Notes under the pieces: generated by a model
Seen by the model: the letters and a program-made list of their open reading frames with translations, nothing else
Told to the model about the DNA's origin: nothing
Databases searched by the model: none
NCBI GenBank assembly: GCA_963799775.1
Contig: CAWCYD010000003.1
Coordinates: 1,568,001-1,632,000 of the forward strand
Length of the DNA stretch: 64,000 bases
Origin: an uncultured archaeon
GTDB taxonomy: Archaea; Thermoproteota; Nitrososphaeria; Nitrososphaerales; Gagatemarchaeaceae
Direction: 5' to 3'
In this document: positions 30,580-40,780 of the stretch, piece after piece
Layout of the letters: the number at the start of each line of letters is the position of its first letter
Numbering within the stretch: the first letter of the stretch is position 1
Program-made: the position numbers and the translations under genes

Positions 30580-31004
30580 ATGGGGCAGAGGAACCTCGGC
30601 AGGATATCGCCCCTAAAGAGAGACCACAGGGCCGTCGAGCGGTTGCTGCTTGGGCTGACCCTGCTTGTGGAGGACGCTGACTCGCCTCCCGGCGATGTCT
30701 CCGACTCGGTCGATGGAGCCTGGGCAAGATCATCGAGCGACACTTCCTCGACGAGGAGCGCAGCGTCTACGAGCCGCTCAAACAGAGCCTCGGCAGGGGC
30801 AACCCGGTTTACATCATGGCCGAAGATCACCGGGTGATGCGGCAGACCCTGCGGCGGTTGCTCGCAGCCTCGAGCGAGTGGACGAAGGGCCCACGTGGCG
30901 CCGTAGACGTCCGCTCCCAGCTCGGGTCTCTCCAGGCCCAGTTGGCCGCGCACTTTGAGAAGGAGGAGGCGGTGCTCTTCTGGCTCGCGGAACTGAAGCT
31001 CTGA
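30580..31004 (+). CDS. Hemerythrin/HHE-domain protein (frameshifted)
   Basis: LKRDHRAV...HFLDEE...MAEDHRVMR...LAAHFEKEEAVLF across frames. Confidence 0.75.
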
Positions 31005-31057
31005 GTGCAGGTGCTGCCGGCCCAACCTTAAATTACGATAATCGAGGCGATTCCCTC

Positions 31058-31705
31058 ATGCTAGAGGCGGTGTTGCTGTGTCCGCAGCCCCACAGCTGGA
31101 TTGAGATCGCCGCGAATAGGTTCTCGGGGAGCGTGGAGATCCTCGACTCGAAGATGCTCCCGAAGGACGCCGTGCAGCACCTCTTCGACATCCAAGTCAA
31201 GCCTGAGCTGACGAAGCACCTCCTCTCCGCCCTTGAACAAGACAAGGACCTCATCGACATTGAGACCCTCAAGTCGAAGAGCGGGCACGTCTACGGATCC
31301 GCGACGTCTCTCAGATGCACGGTCTGCAAGGACGTGGTCAAGTCGAAGTGCTTCCTCGCCTCGGTCGACGTAACATCGGACGGGGCGAAGTGGACTGTAA
31401 TCGGGAACAACGAATCCTTCAGGGAGCTCCTCGGATCGCTCGAGAAGCACAAGATCCCCTTCGAGGTGAAGATGAAGAGGAATCTGGAGGACACGGAGTT
31501 GCTCACCGGGAGGCAAGAGCAACTTCTCGCGATCGCGTTCGAGAGGGGATACTTCGACTTTCCCAAGAAGGTGGGGCTCGAGGAACTCGCAGCCCTCGCC
31601 GACGTGAAGACATCGACGCTCGCGGAGATCCTCCGCAGAGGACAGAAGAAGATCCTGGGAGAGTACCTAGCGAGACGTTCTCTTCTGCACAAGAGTAGAG
31701 AATAG
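31058..31705 (+). CDS. Bat/HTH_10 family regulator with Cys cluster
   Basis: LTGRQEQLLAIAFERGYFDFPKKVGLEELA...STLAEILRRGQKKIL; CTVC...C upstream. Confidence 0.88.
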   Translation: MLEAVLLCPQPHSWIEIAANRFSGSVEILDSKMLPKDAVQHLFDIQVKPELTKHLLSALEQDKDLIDIETLKSKSGHVYGSATSLRCTVCKDVVKSKCFLASVDVTSDGAKWTVIGNNESFRELLGSLEKHKIPFEVKMKRNLEDTELLTGRQEQLLAIAFERGYFDFPKKVGLEELAALADVKTSTLAEILRRGQKKILGEYLARRSLLHKSRE

Positions 31706-31760
31706 CTGCTTCGCAGCGGCCTAGTTTGCTCTCGGCATCATCTCTGCGTCGCGCAGCGCC

Positions 31761-31958
31761 CTATGATTCGAAGACGTCCATCTTCACCCATTCCTTGCTG
31801 GACGCGCTGTTTGGAGATTGTTGGAAGATAGAGACGTCTTGATAGTCTTCCAGACCTTCCAAGAAGTCTCTTAGATTCATGGCCTGGAGCATCGAATCCT
31901 GCTCGAACTTGTTGACCAGGTCTCCGTTCTTGGCGACGACGAGGAATGAGGGCTTCAC
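31761..31958 (-). CDS. Small hypothetical protein
   Basis: 65-aa ORF behind AT-rich TATA-like region. Confidence 0.4.
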   Translation of the reverse strand: MKPSFLVVAKNGDLVNKFEQDSMLQAMNLRDFLEGLEDYQDVSIFQQSPNSASSKEWVKMDVFES

Positions 31959-32271
31959 GATTCTGGATGGATATTCCTAATATATATAATCCGGTGACGG
32001 AAATATTCCTGCATATTCTTCCCGTCAAGGACCAAAAGCTCTAATCTCAGGAACGTGAAAAGGTTGAGACCGGGCTGGGCTCATTGATTCGGGATGGAGA
32101 AATGGTCGGAGGGCCTGATGCCCTCGACACCACTCCCGCCACCCTACTCGCTTCGATAGCAGGCAATTACGCCTTGTCTGGCTACAAAGGCATTCTTGAT
32201 GAAATTATGCCTCTGAGCATAATCCGATTGGAATTAAATTCCTGCGGTCGGAATGGAGGGAGCATCCGAAA

Positions 32272-32706
32272 CTATCCCAGCTTGCTCTCAATCTCTTTCT
32301 CTTTGGCCCGCGCCTCCTTGATTTGCCTTCCAAGCCGAGACGCGAAGAGATAGTTGACGACCCCCACGTAGAGCCACGCGAACGTCACAACAATCAGGAC
32401 CGCCTCGAGGGCAAGGAGGGTCGGGTCGAGGAGGTTCACGGTGACAACTTTGGTCGCCGTCGTGAATGGGGTGAGCACCTGATAGAAGTAGGACGCTAGG
32501 AGGAGAAAGGCGACGGCGATAGTGATTATCGAGAGCGTCCTCATCTTTGCCGAGCCCGCTTCGATGTGCTGGACGAACGAGCCGTGGGCCTCGATTATCT
32601 CGGCCGCCGGTGCAAGTCCAATAGGTTCACTACCTTCTCGATTCTCTTTGTCCGCACTTGCCAAGTGAAATTTCGTCTCGTTTCGCGGATAAAAACTGTT
32701 CCTCAT
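32272..32706 (-). CDS. Two-TM membrane protein
   Basis: Two hydrophobic helices, charged C-terminus; directly downstream of wHTH gene. Confidence 0.55.
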   Translation of the reverse strand: MRNSFYPRNETKFHLASADKENREGSEPIGLAPAAEIIEAHGSFVQHIEAGSAKMRTLSIITIAVAFLLLASYFYQVLTPFTTATKVVTVNLLDPTLLALEAVLIVVTFAWLYVGVVNYLFASRLGRQIKEARAKEKEIESKLG

Positions 32707-32970
32707 CTAAGATGAGTCAGGCGATATCTTCGTCCACAATTTCTCCCAGTCTTGAAGAAGCTTGTCGCCCTCCTGGGTTAACAGGTAGACGCTCTGCCCG
32801 TCCCGCATTGACTTTGCCACGAACCGCCTCGACTCCAGTAGCGGCGCGAACTCCATGAATTTGTCGAAGCTCAGCCCAGTCACTTGTGCGAGCCTCGTCG
32901 GCCCCAGAGGACCGGAACGCAGCACCGAGAGTATCTCCATAAGGATGAGAGTCCTCTCGCGCTTCCTCAA
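32707..32970 (-). CDS. Small wHTH regulator (HTH_45-like)
   Basis: KRERTLILMEIL...PTRLAQVTGLSF...YLLTQEG. Confidence 0.8.
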   Translation of the reverse strand: MRKRERTLILMEILSVLRSGPLGPTRLAQVTGLSFDKFMEFAPLLESRRFVAKSMRDGQSVYLLTQEGDKLLQDWEKLWTKISPDSS

Positions 32971-33141
32971 TTGTCCCTTCGCATGAACGGAACCGCACTA
33001 ATTAAATCGAGGAGCGACTGAATCCAAGCTCGGTCGCACCTCAGGGTGGACTTCGCTCGACGCAACTCATCATTGGCACTCAACGTAAATGAGTGCTTAC
33101 GATGAGCAATTCTCTATAAGCTCGGTCCGTCCTTTCTCCGC

Positions 33142-34362
33142 ATGAGTTCGGCAAACCCGGTCTGGCTGGGATTCACGAGGATGGGCGGGAGGTTCGTCCT
33201 CAATTCCGAAGATCTAGCAGGGGGCATCGCGGTTCTCGGGCAGGGGTCGAACGCTCTTGCCCCTCTCCTCGCTCTGGCCTGCCACGAAGCGGGCAGGAAG
33301 GTGCTGCTGCTTGACATGGAGGGAAAGGCGGCAGATGCAATCTCTGGATACATGGGAGAATTCGACGTGTCCCACTTTCTCTACGACTCGCTCAGGATCG
33401 AGGACAATCCGGTCGTCCACGCGCAACTCCTGGCCGGCGCGTATGCGACTACACTCGACCTCTCGTTCGAGCAGGAGGCCAGTCTGAACGCCTTCGCCCA
33501 GATAATAGCCAATGAGCGAGGGGTCGCCAGCCCCTCATCGGTCGCTGACCTAATCCAATCCCCAGACGCCGCCAAGGGTCGAGCGATTGACCGGCTCAGG
33601 GCGAGGCTCGAGGCCCTACGGTCCCTGAATCTTCTGGGCGAGAAGGACGCGGTCAAACAGGTTATCCAAGAGAGCGCCGTGTTGAGCTTCAAGGGTGCAG
33701 GGTCACCCGAGGCCCAAGAGACTGCCGTGGCCCTCTTCCTCGCCAAGCTGCTTGCGATTCTTGGAGGAAGTGACGAAGTGCAGGGACCAGATGTGTTCAT
33801 AGTCACCGAGGCGAACCGGCTCTTCAAGGAGAGGCCCGTCTTTAGGAAGAGCCAGCGATTCCTCACCTCGTTCGTATCATCCTCCTTGGGGAAGGTGCTC
33901 GCTTCTGACGTGGCTTACGGATTGGACAAGGACTACATGGACACGTGCGGGGTAAGGATCCTCTCGAGCGCTGCATGGAACGACTCGGGGAGGGGCGGCC
34001 TCGTCCTCACCCCCAACATGTTCATGCTCCAGAACCCCTCCTACGGCTCGAGCGAGGTCTTCATCCCGAGGGGGTTCGAGGAGAGGAAAGGCACCGCAAA
34101 GGCCCCAGCCGGTCTCGTCCCGACGGCGGACGCCGAGCTCGACCTTCGCATACTCGAGGAAGTGGCCAGCTTCAAGGACGCGACGCGCACGTCGCTGATC
34201 TCCTTCCTTGCCTCGGAGTTCGACCCAGACGTCCTTGAGAAGGCCTTCGACAGGCTCCAAGCGGAAGGATGCATCGCCGTCACGCCGCAGGAGAGATCTG
34301 GGCGAACCATCCTCTCCGTCTCGCTCACCGACAAGGGCCGCGCGATGCTGGGGAGGCGGTAG
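33142..34362 (+). CDS. Degenerate HerA/VirB4-like P-loop protein with C-terminal wHTH
   Basis: IAVLGQGSN (eroded Walker A), VLLLDMEG, FIVTEANRL (eroded Walker B), C-term LTDKGR wing. Confidence 0.5.
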   Translation: MSSANPVWLGFTRMGGRFVLNSEDLAGGIAVLGQGSNALAPLLALACHEAGRKVLLLDMEGKAADAISGYMGEFDVSHFLYDSLRIEDNPVVHAQLLAGAYATTLDLSFEQEASLNAFAQIIANERGVASPSSVADLIQSPDAAKGRAIDRLRARLEALRSLNLLGEKDAVKQVIQESAVLSFKGAGSPEAQETAVALFLAKLLAILGGSDEVQGPDVFIVTEANRLFKERPVFRKSQRFLTSFVSSSLGKVLASDVAYGLDKDYMDTCGVRILSSAAWNDSGRGGLVLTPNMFMLQNPSYGSSEVFIPRGFEERKGTAKAPAGLVPTADAELDLRILEEVASFKDATRTSLISFLASEFDPDVLEKAFDRLQAEGCIAVTPQERSGRTILSVSLTDKGRAMLGRR

Positions 34363-34364
34363 AG

Positions 34365-35400
34365 TTGATTCCTCAACTGGAAAGGCTGCAGACGGGATGC
34401 AACGCCCTCGACCTCCTGACCGACGGCGGCCTAGCGACCGGGACGATAACCCAGATCTTCGGTGAGAAGGCCCTTGGGAAGAGCATCCTCTCTTTGCAGG
34501 CCGCGTACGCCACCGTGGCCGCCGGCAGTAGCGCGATCATTCTCGACACAGAGCAGTCGTATTTCAGCTACCTCGTCGGCTACCGGAGGGCCGGGTTCGA
34601 GAAGAGGTTCGGCGACAAGGTCCAGGTGAAGGAGGTCAAGCTCGTGAGGACGACGCGAGCGGCGAAGAAGAAGGACATGCCCGTCTCTAGGAGCGAACTC
34701 GTCACCTCCGTCAGCAGCCTGCTCGACCGGATCGGGGTCGCGTACAACGACAACCACCTGAGCGCCATCGCCGATGTCCTGTCGCCGGATTTCACCGTAG
34801 ACCTCGGTGAGGAGAAGCAGGAGCCTTGCGTGATGATAATCCAGCTTCCGGACATCATCGACCTGCTCGCGCTCCACGGGCACGACGTCCAGAAGATAGT
34901 CTCGGAGAACGGGAGGGTGGAGCTGAGACTAAAGTCGACCCCGGTCTACGACTCGGCGCTGCACCAGATCGTGGAGCAGACAAAGGCCAAGCTTCTGGTG
35001 TACGACTCGATCTCCGCACCATTCAAGTCGTCTTTCTTCGGGACGCAGGACACTTCCGGCAAGGAGCGCCGGGATGGCGATAATGCTCGCCCACGCGCAG
35101 CGGCTCTGCATCCAGTTCGGGCTGGCGGTGGTCGTGACCAGCCACGCGTCCATCAACCCGATGGCCGCCTGGGACAGGGGCAAGCCCTACGGAGGGCTCA
35201 CGCTCGGGCACGAAGCGAAGTTCAGCTTCGAGCTGACCAAGCACACCGCCAAGAGGAACGGCGATGCCACCTCCGTCAACCCGCAAGAGAAGATAGACAA
35301 GGATAGGGATGGGAGGGCTTTCTGGGTGCACAGGCACCCAGCCCTCGAGGACTGGTCGAGGTACGGGCACACCTTCATCGACGACGAGGGGTTCCACTGA
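34365..35400 (+). CDS. RecA-superfamily ATPase (RadA/RadB paralog) with large insertion; frameshift near 35055
   Basis: LQTGCNALDLLTDGGL...ITQIFGEKALGKS, LDTE, LLVYDSIS, AVVVTSH, KPYGG. Confidence 0.8.
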
Positions 35401-36482
35401 TGGGCTGGCTCGGCAAGGGTCTGGCCTTTCTGCTCGCGATAATCCTCTTCGGCGTGGGGGCCTGGCCGCTCTCCCTCCTCATCTTCGCTGCACTCTTCGT
35501 TCCGCCTGTCTTCAGGTTGTGGAGGCGCAGGCCCGCGTCCCAGGAACGGAAGGGGCCTAGGCAACCATTCCAGCTCAGGTACCTCTTGGGGGGCTTCCTA
35601 TTCCTGCTGGCGGTCATTGGATTCCTGGCACATGGCACCTTCTCACCGATAGTGTTCGCGTCCCTGGGCCTGCTCGTGTTGTTCTGGGGCCGGGGTCCGA
35701 AAAGGGTGTTCGGCTCGGGGTTGAAGCCTGTCAAGGAATCCGTGATTCTCAGGTCTTCCCTGTTTCCTTACTCGTGGGCCGCTGTCGCCCAGGTCAAGCT
35801 GCTCACCCGCGACGTCGGGAGAGCGCTCGCGGGTGTGACCGGCACAGTCCTCGTGTTCTCGTCCGATACCCCTTCCATCTACCTCGTGTTCGAGAGACGC
35901 GCTGCCAGCGAGAGGGCGGCCGAGGATTCGCTCCTCTCCGCCGTCAGAGAAGCCGCCATCTCTGTGTCCGCGCTTGGAGCCTATCTTCTTCCGCTCGACT
36001 CCCAGAAGGCCGACGAGCTGCTTCAGCCCTCCCTTGAGTCTGTTTGGACAAGTGATGGCGACTGGTCCACCGCGCTCGCGTCTTCACACTACGACGTCGT
36101 CTGCATCAAACAAGACAAGGGCTTCGCGAAGTCTCTTGCCTCATACAAGAGGACTGACGAAAGGAAAAGTGGCCTGGCGAAGGTTCCCACCGCCTCCAGA
36201 GAGCTCACCCATCCCCCGTTCCTCACCGAGGTCTTCAAGGTACTGGGAAGCAGGCTCACTTGGCCTCACCCAGACCAGTATACAGCGTTCCTCAGCAGCC
36301 TGCTCGCGACTAGCAACGAGCCTATCGGGACGAGGATACTCGACGCGGGCACCGCTTCGCAGTCTCAGATGGTCCTGGTCAAGTCCCAGGGAAGCCCTTC
36401 TGTCGAGCTTAGCAGGGCGCAGCTCCGCGCAGTCGTCAAAATGTACGACCCCCGGCCCAGATCGGTTGTGACTGGAATCTAG
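35400..36482 (+). CDS. Membrane protein, N-terminal TM helices + soluble domain
   Basis: Four hydrophobic segments in first ~100 aa; translationally coupled to ATPase gene. Confidence 0.6.
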   Translation: MGWLGKGLAFLLAIILFGVGAWPLSLLIFAALFVPPVFRLWRRRPASQERKGPRQPFQLRYLLGGFLFLLAVIGFLAHGTFSPIVFASLGLLVLFWGRGPKRVFGSGLKPVKESVILRSSLFPYSWAAVAQVKLLTRDVGRALAGVTGTVLVFSSDTPSIYLVFERRAASERAAEDSLLSAVREAAISVSALGAYLLPLDSQKADELLQPSLESVWTSDGDWSTALASSHYDVVCIKQDKGFAKSLASYKRTDERKSGLAKVPTASRELTHPPFLTEVFKVLGSRLTWPHPDQYTAFLSSLLATSNEPIGTRILDAGTASQSQMVLVKSQGSPSVELSRAQLRAVVKMYDPRPRSVVTGI

Positions 36483-36514
36483 CCTTCGAAGACTATTATC
36501 GTCAGGGTTCGTCG
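36479..36514 (-). repeat. Distal relic of Lrp/AsnC gene 3' end
   Basis: Reverse strand encodes RRTLTIIVFEG* vs RSTLTMIVVEG* of the Lrp gene; 25/30 nt identical. Confidence 0.75.
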
Positions 36515-36538
36515 ACCCGCTTTCTCGAGAAGGGACTT

Positions 36539-37709
36539 TTGGATATCCTTCACAAACTATTTCCAAGCCTCTCAACGAGTTCGATTCAGTTGGGGCCTAG
36601 GAGAAGCGAGCTCGCCTTCATCATCACAGTCATGGTTGTTTTGGCATCATACGTGACGGCCTCCGAAGTACTCTCGACCGGCCCGGAATCATCTTCTGTG
36701 ATCACAACGATTAATGTCGGAGGCAGTCCAAGATATGCTGCCTTCGACCCCGCGAATGGCTACATATTCGTATGCAATGTTGGCTCCAACACGAGTCTGA
36801 AGGGAACCGTGGATGTGATCGACGGATCTTCGAATACCGTGGTGGCCAAGATCACGGTCGGAGTTTTCCCCAAATGGCTAGCTTTCGACTCGGCCAATGG
36901 AGATATCCTCGTCTCCAACTACGACTCTCATGCGATATCGGACGTAAGCGGAACATCGTGGGTCACCACTGCTACGCTCTCGCTCCCAAGCAAGGGGCCC
37001 CCGGTGCCTGAACCTGATGGAATCGCCTTCGACCCGACGAACGGGTATCTGTATGTCGTCGAGAACAACCTGGACTCTGTCATCGTGATTAACGGCGCGA
37101 ACGGCGCGGCGGTAGGTTCGCCGATACCAGTCGGCAAGGGCACCAGACGGAATAGCATTCAATCCATACACCGAGCAGATTGATGTCGCAAGTGACACAT
37201 CCCTCTCCGTGTTGAACCCGGCAAACGACTCGGTTGAGAGTTTCAAGACGCCGACCAGCTCGACCTCCCTCCCATTCACCGTCGCGGTCGACCCGTCGAC
37301 TGGGGACGTCTTTGTCGGCAATTTCGGCTCCAGTAGCGTCTACGTGTTCGGCCATTCTGGAGAGTTGGCGAACGTGACCCTAACCCAATCGCCCACCGCG
37401 ATCGCATTCGACTCGGCGACCGATGCAATGTTCGTGGCGGGCTCGAATGCCACTTTTGCGATAAATGCTCAGAACTTCGCCTTGATGGGCAAGCCGATTC
37501 CAGTCGGAAAGTCACTGCCGGATGTAAGCAATGGGGTCGCCTTCGACCTTGAGAATCACGAAATCTATGTGTCAAACGGGCTGGACGGGACCATATCAGT
37601 GATAGCCCCTGGGACGACGTCTCCTCCTCTGAGTTTTGCTCTTGTCGCCGTACCGATAATCTTCGTCGCCGTGCTGGCCGGCGTCGTGGTCTACCGACGC
37701 ATCGATTAG
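36539..37709 (+). CDS. YVTN/YncE beta-propeller surface protein with C-terminal TM (frameshift near 37140)
   Basis: Repeated P..IAFDPxNG.IYV.N...VSVI..T.VG units. Confidence 0.8.
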
Positions 37710-37732
37710 AGAGCCAGGGAGCCCTGATTCGG

Positions 37733-37768
37733 CTAGCCTTCGACCAAGATCATCGTGAGAGTGCTCCT
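37733..37768 (-). repeat. Relic of Lrp/AsnC gene 3' end
   Basis: 30/36 nt identical to 38287-38322; encodes RSTLTMILVEG*. Confidence 0.85.
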
Positions 37769-37775
37769 TCGAGAC

Positions 37776-37994
37776 TCAATCCATGAGTTCGAGGAATTGC
37801 TTCTTGGTCAGGCCCGCTTGCTCGACGATGGACAGAAGGGTCCCTCGCTTGATCTCATTCATCCGCGGTACCGCAACAAATCTTCCCTCTTGATTTTCGA
37901 CGATGATGTGGCTTCCCTTCTGTCTCACTGGCTTGAACCCAACCTTGGAGAGCGTTTTCAGCACCTCCCTCCAGTTGAGAACAGGAAGTGCCAT
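37776..37994 (-). CDS. hicA: HicA toxin
   Basis: REVLKTLSKVGF...RQKGSHII...VP...EIKRGTLLSI. Confidence 0.9.
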   Translation of the reverse strand: MALPVLNWREVLKTLSKVGFKPVRQKGSHIIVENQEGRFVAVPRMNEIKRGTLLSIVEQAGLTKKQFLELMD

Positions 37995-37997
37995 ACC

Positions 37998-38246
37998 TTA
38001 GACTACGACTTCGACTAGTTCCGCGTTCTTGGACACTTCCCTCTCCTTGAGGTGCTCAAGAACCAATTCGATTGCCTCCTTGATGTTGACGAGGGCTTCT
38101 TTCCTCGTCTCGCCCTGGCTGATGGCCTGGGGAAGTTCGAGGCATTGGACCGAGTAGCCGCCTTCCTCCTCCGGTTCCAATATGACGGTGAAGCGTCGAC
38201 CGCCGCGGACGGCTACTCGCTTGGACATGCGTGGAGTTCGGGCCAC
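37998..38246 (-). CDS. hicB: HicB antitoxin
   Basis: FTVILEPEEEGGYSV...LP.AISQGETRKEALVNIKEAI. Confidence 0.9.
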   Translation of the reverse strand: MARTPRMSKRVAVRGGRRFTVILEPEEEGGYSVQCLELPQAISQGETRKEALVNIKEAIELVLEHLKEREVSKNAELVEVVV

Positions 38247-38286
38247 GCTTCACTATTAAGCCTAACGTGGTTCTATCGTGGATTGC

Positions 38287-38520
38287 TTACCCTTCGACGA
38301 CGATCATCGTCAGGGTGCTCCTGACGCGGTCGAGCCTGCGTATCTTCCAAGTGATGGTCTCCTTGACCTTCTCCATGGTGTCGGCCTCGACCCGAGCTAT
38401 GATATCATAAACGCCGTACACAACATAGACGTCCTTCACAAACTCTAATCCCCTTAGGGATTTCAGAAGCTCCTCCTCAGCGCCTAAATCAGCATTTATT
38501 AAAACGAACGCCATCGGCAA
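38287..38520 (-). CDS. Stand-alone Lrp/AsnC ligand-binding (RAM) domain protein
   Basis: AFVLIN...VYGVYDIIARVEA...IRRLDRVRSTLTMIV. Confidence 0.9.
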   Translation of the reverse strand: MPMAFVLINADLGAEEELLKSLRGLEFVKDVYVVYGVYDIIARVEADTMEKVKETITWKIRRLDRVRSTLTMIVVEG

Positions 38521-38679
38521 TTGTCGAATCTCTGCCTCTCGCATTACTATGGTGATGAGCGGTAATAACCATTGCTACTTGCGTTGCTAAAACGAAAGCC
38601 AAGGGCATTTTTGCGTTCGTCACCATTTAGCCGAACTCGGTATAAAGAGTTCATTTCCCACCTTACCGCGTAAGATCCG

Positions 38680-39357
38680 ATGAAGCGCGGAGAAGCAGCC
38701 TTTGCAACCATCCAGCTCATCATCTTCGCTGCCGTTCTGACCCTCGTGGCCCTGCCGGCCTTGAATGCTCCGTTCGTCCCGCGCTCTTTCGTCGCGACCA
38801 CGACAACCCCGTCAACCCAGGGTCTCGTCCTTACTCTCACCCTCAACTCGACCAGCCTGAAGAGCGGGCAGGGAATCAAGGCCACGGTCGAAGAGGTGAA
38901 TACGCTCCGCCAGACCAACAACGTGTCCGCCTCTGACAACTGGCCCTTGAAGAGCGCGACAGAGATACGGGGGACGACGCTGAACGATGGTGATTGCGGC
39001 CCAATCAACTTCCCCATGGGTTTGGAAATCGTCAGCGGATATTACACAAAAGACAACGCCTCGACGGCGCATCCACTCGAGCTCTACGGGTTTGGGTTGA
39101 CCAGTTGTCCTGCGGTCCTCAGCGAGATAGACCAATACAGCTTCCAGGCATCGAGCGAGAACGCGAGCATCATCGGAAGCTGCGACCCCAATCCGTGCTT
39201 TGCATACGGAATGACTGCCTCGGTGAGCGCCCGTGGCTCTTGGACGAGCTTCCTGGTCTTTGGTCCCAGCTTCGCGAACTTTGGCCCTGGCGTGTACACG
39301 GTTATTGCCGGAGACGAGTGGGGCGCCCTCGCCTTCACGTACTTTGACGTCGAATAG
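38680..39357 (+). CDS. Secreted/anchored protein with GDEWG-motif Ig-like domain
   Basis: Leader MKRGEAAF..LVALP; LTLNST...WP...C...CP...GVYTVIAGDEWG. Confidence 0.7.
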   Translation: MKRGEAAFATIQLIIFAAVLTLVALPALNAPFVPRSFVATTTTPSTQGLVLTLTLNSTSLKSGQGIKATVEEVNTLRQTNNVSASDNWPLKSATEIRGTTLNDGDCGPINFPMGLEIVSGYYTKDNASTAHPLELYGFGLTSCPAVLSEIDQYSFQASSENASIIGSCDPNPCFAYGMTASVSARGSWTSFLVFGPSFANFGPGVYTVIAGDEWGALAFTYFDVE

Positions 39358-39406
39358 GTCGCCGCCTACGCAGTTCTTCTCATGGGGATTACCGCTGACC
39401 CGCCTA

Positions 39407-40567
39407 TTAGGGCAAGGGGCAGTTCTGTCCCGAGCCAACAAGAGCTGTGTCCACGTACCCGGGGCCAGCGGAGTCATGGAAGGCTATGAATTCCGAGGGC
39501 AGGGTCACCAACAGCTCGTTCATCAAACCATTGTAAGCCACGAACTGAGGTGTGCCCGGGAGCGAGTACATATCGAGCAGAGCCCCTGTCGCCCCGTCGT
39601 AGATGAACGTGTAGTTGAAGTCGAGAGAAATCGCTGCTATTTGGTCCGTGTTCTGAACGTAAGCCATGCTGTCGAACGGGCCGCACTCCTGCGGATTGAC
39701 CTTGAAGACCACCTGCCCATTGGTCGCGTTGATAGCGGCCAAAGTGTCGCCCGACACGTAGAAGAGGTGGTGTACCGTGTTGACGGCGACCCTGGGATAA
39801 CTCCCTCCTCCGAGCGTTACGTTGGCAACGAGGCTATTGCTCGTGCCATTAACAATGTACGCTACAGAGTCGCAGACAAAGCTGCCGACACACCCTGCCC
39901 CGATAATCATGTTCGTGCTCGGGTCGACGGCGATGGAGTCTGGCGAGTGTGGAAGGGGCACTCTCGCAACCACAGAACCCGTCTGGACGTTGATTCCCGT
40001 CAGCGTGCCATTGGCCGAACCGTAGAGGACGTGTGTGACCTGGTCGTACGCGAGGGTTCCATACCCGAGGGCCGGATGGAGCTCCCCCACAATCTGGTCA
40101 GTTGTGCCGTTGATCTCCACAACTCCGCCATCGACCGATACATAGACCATGTGGGTCTGCCAATCCGTTGCGATCCCGTTCTCGCTCCCCGCCGGGAGCT
40201 GAATGCTGGCCAGCACTTTGTGCGCGTAGCCGTTCACGACTGTGAGGTTCTTCGAGGACCACCCAGCGATGTAGATCTCGTCGGGGTTGGGATCCAGCCC
40301 GATTGTGCGGGGCTGCTGCCCTCCCAGCGTGATGTTGAAGGTCTCAAGGCTTGAAGCGGGAAACGGCGGACCTAGGGATACCGTGGCGGTAGCTGTGCTC
40401 AAAGTTGTCGTCTGTATAGACAAGACTGTAGAGACGCTCGTGAGAGTCGAAACTGAAGTCGCAGTCACGGTAGCGGTTTGGCGGGAGCCTGACCCGACGA
40501 AATAGCCAACTCCAAGGCCTGTTGCGACCAGAATCACGAGGACAATCGCAACAATATCATTTCTCAT
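39407..40567 (-). CDS. YncE-like beta-propeller surface protein
   Basis: N-term TM, T-rich linker, repeated IAVD...VYV...ING.T units. Confidence 0.75.
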   Translation of the reverse strand: MRNDIVAIVLVILVATGLGVGYFVGSGSRQTATVTATSVSTLTSVSTVLSIQTTTLSTATATVSLGPPFPASSLETFNITLGGQQPRTIGLDPNPDEIYIAGWSSKNLTVVNGYAHKVLASIQLPAGSENGIATDWQTHMVYVSVDGGVVEINGTTDQIVGELHPALGYGTLAYDQVTHVLYGSANGTLTGINVQTGSVVARVPLPHSPDSIAVDPSTNMIIGAGCVGSFVCDSVAYIVNGTSNSLVANVTLGGGSYPRVAVNTVHHLFYVSGDTLAAINATNGQVVFKVNPQECGPFDSMAYVQNTDQIAAISLDFNYTFIYDGATGALLDMYSLPGTPQFVAYNGLMNELLVTLPSEFIAFHDSAGPGYVDTALVGSGQNCPLP

Positions 40568-40780
40568 TTTTACTGTGACATGCGGAGAAGGGGGCGCTCA
40601 CTATTGAACCTAACAACCAGCTCCTGCAGAGGAATGTTTCACCGCATATGGCGAGGTTCCATTGCGCCTCAGCGAGGACAATTCAAGCCGCGTCCCAGTA
40701 ATGTGGTCAGTGACGGATGCCTGTTTATCCACATTTGCAACATTTCCACGAAAGGTTTTCCGGCGACAGTGTTTTGGCAA

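Noticed and set aside
39355-39380. Possible tenth, highly decayed array repeat (GGTCGCCGCCTACGC)
   Set aside because: Similarity too weak to distinguish from chance
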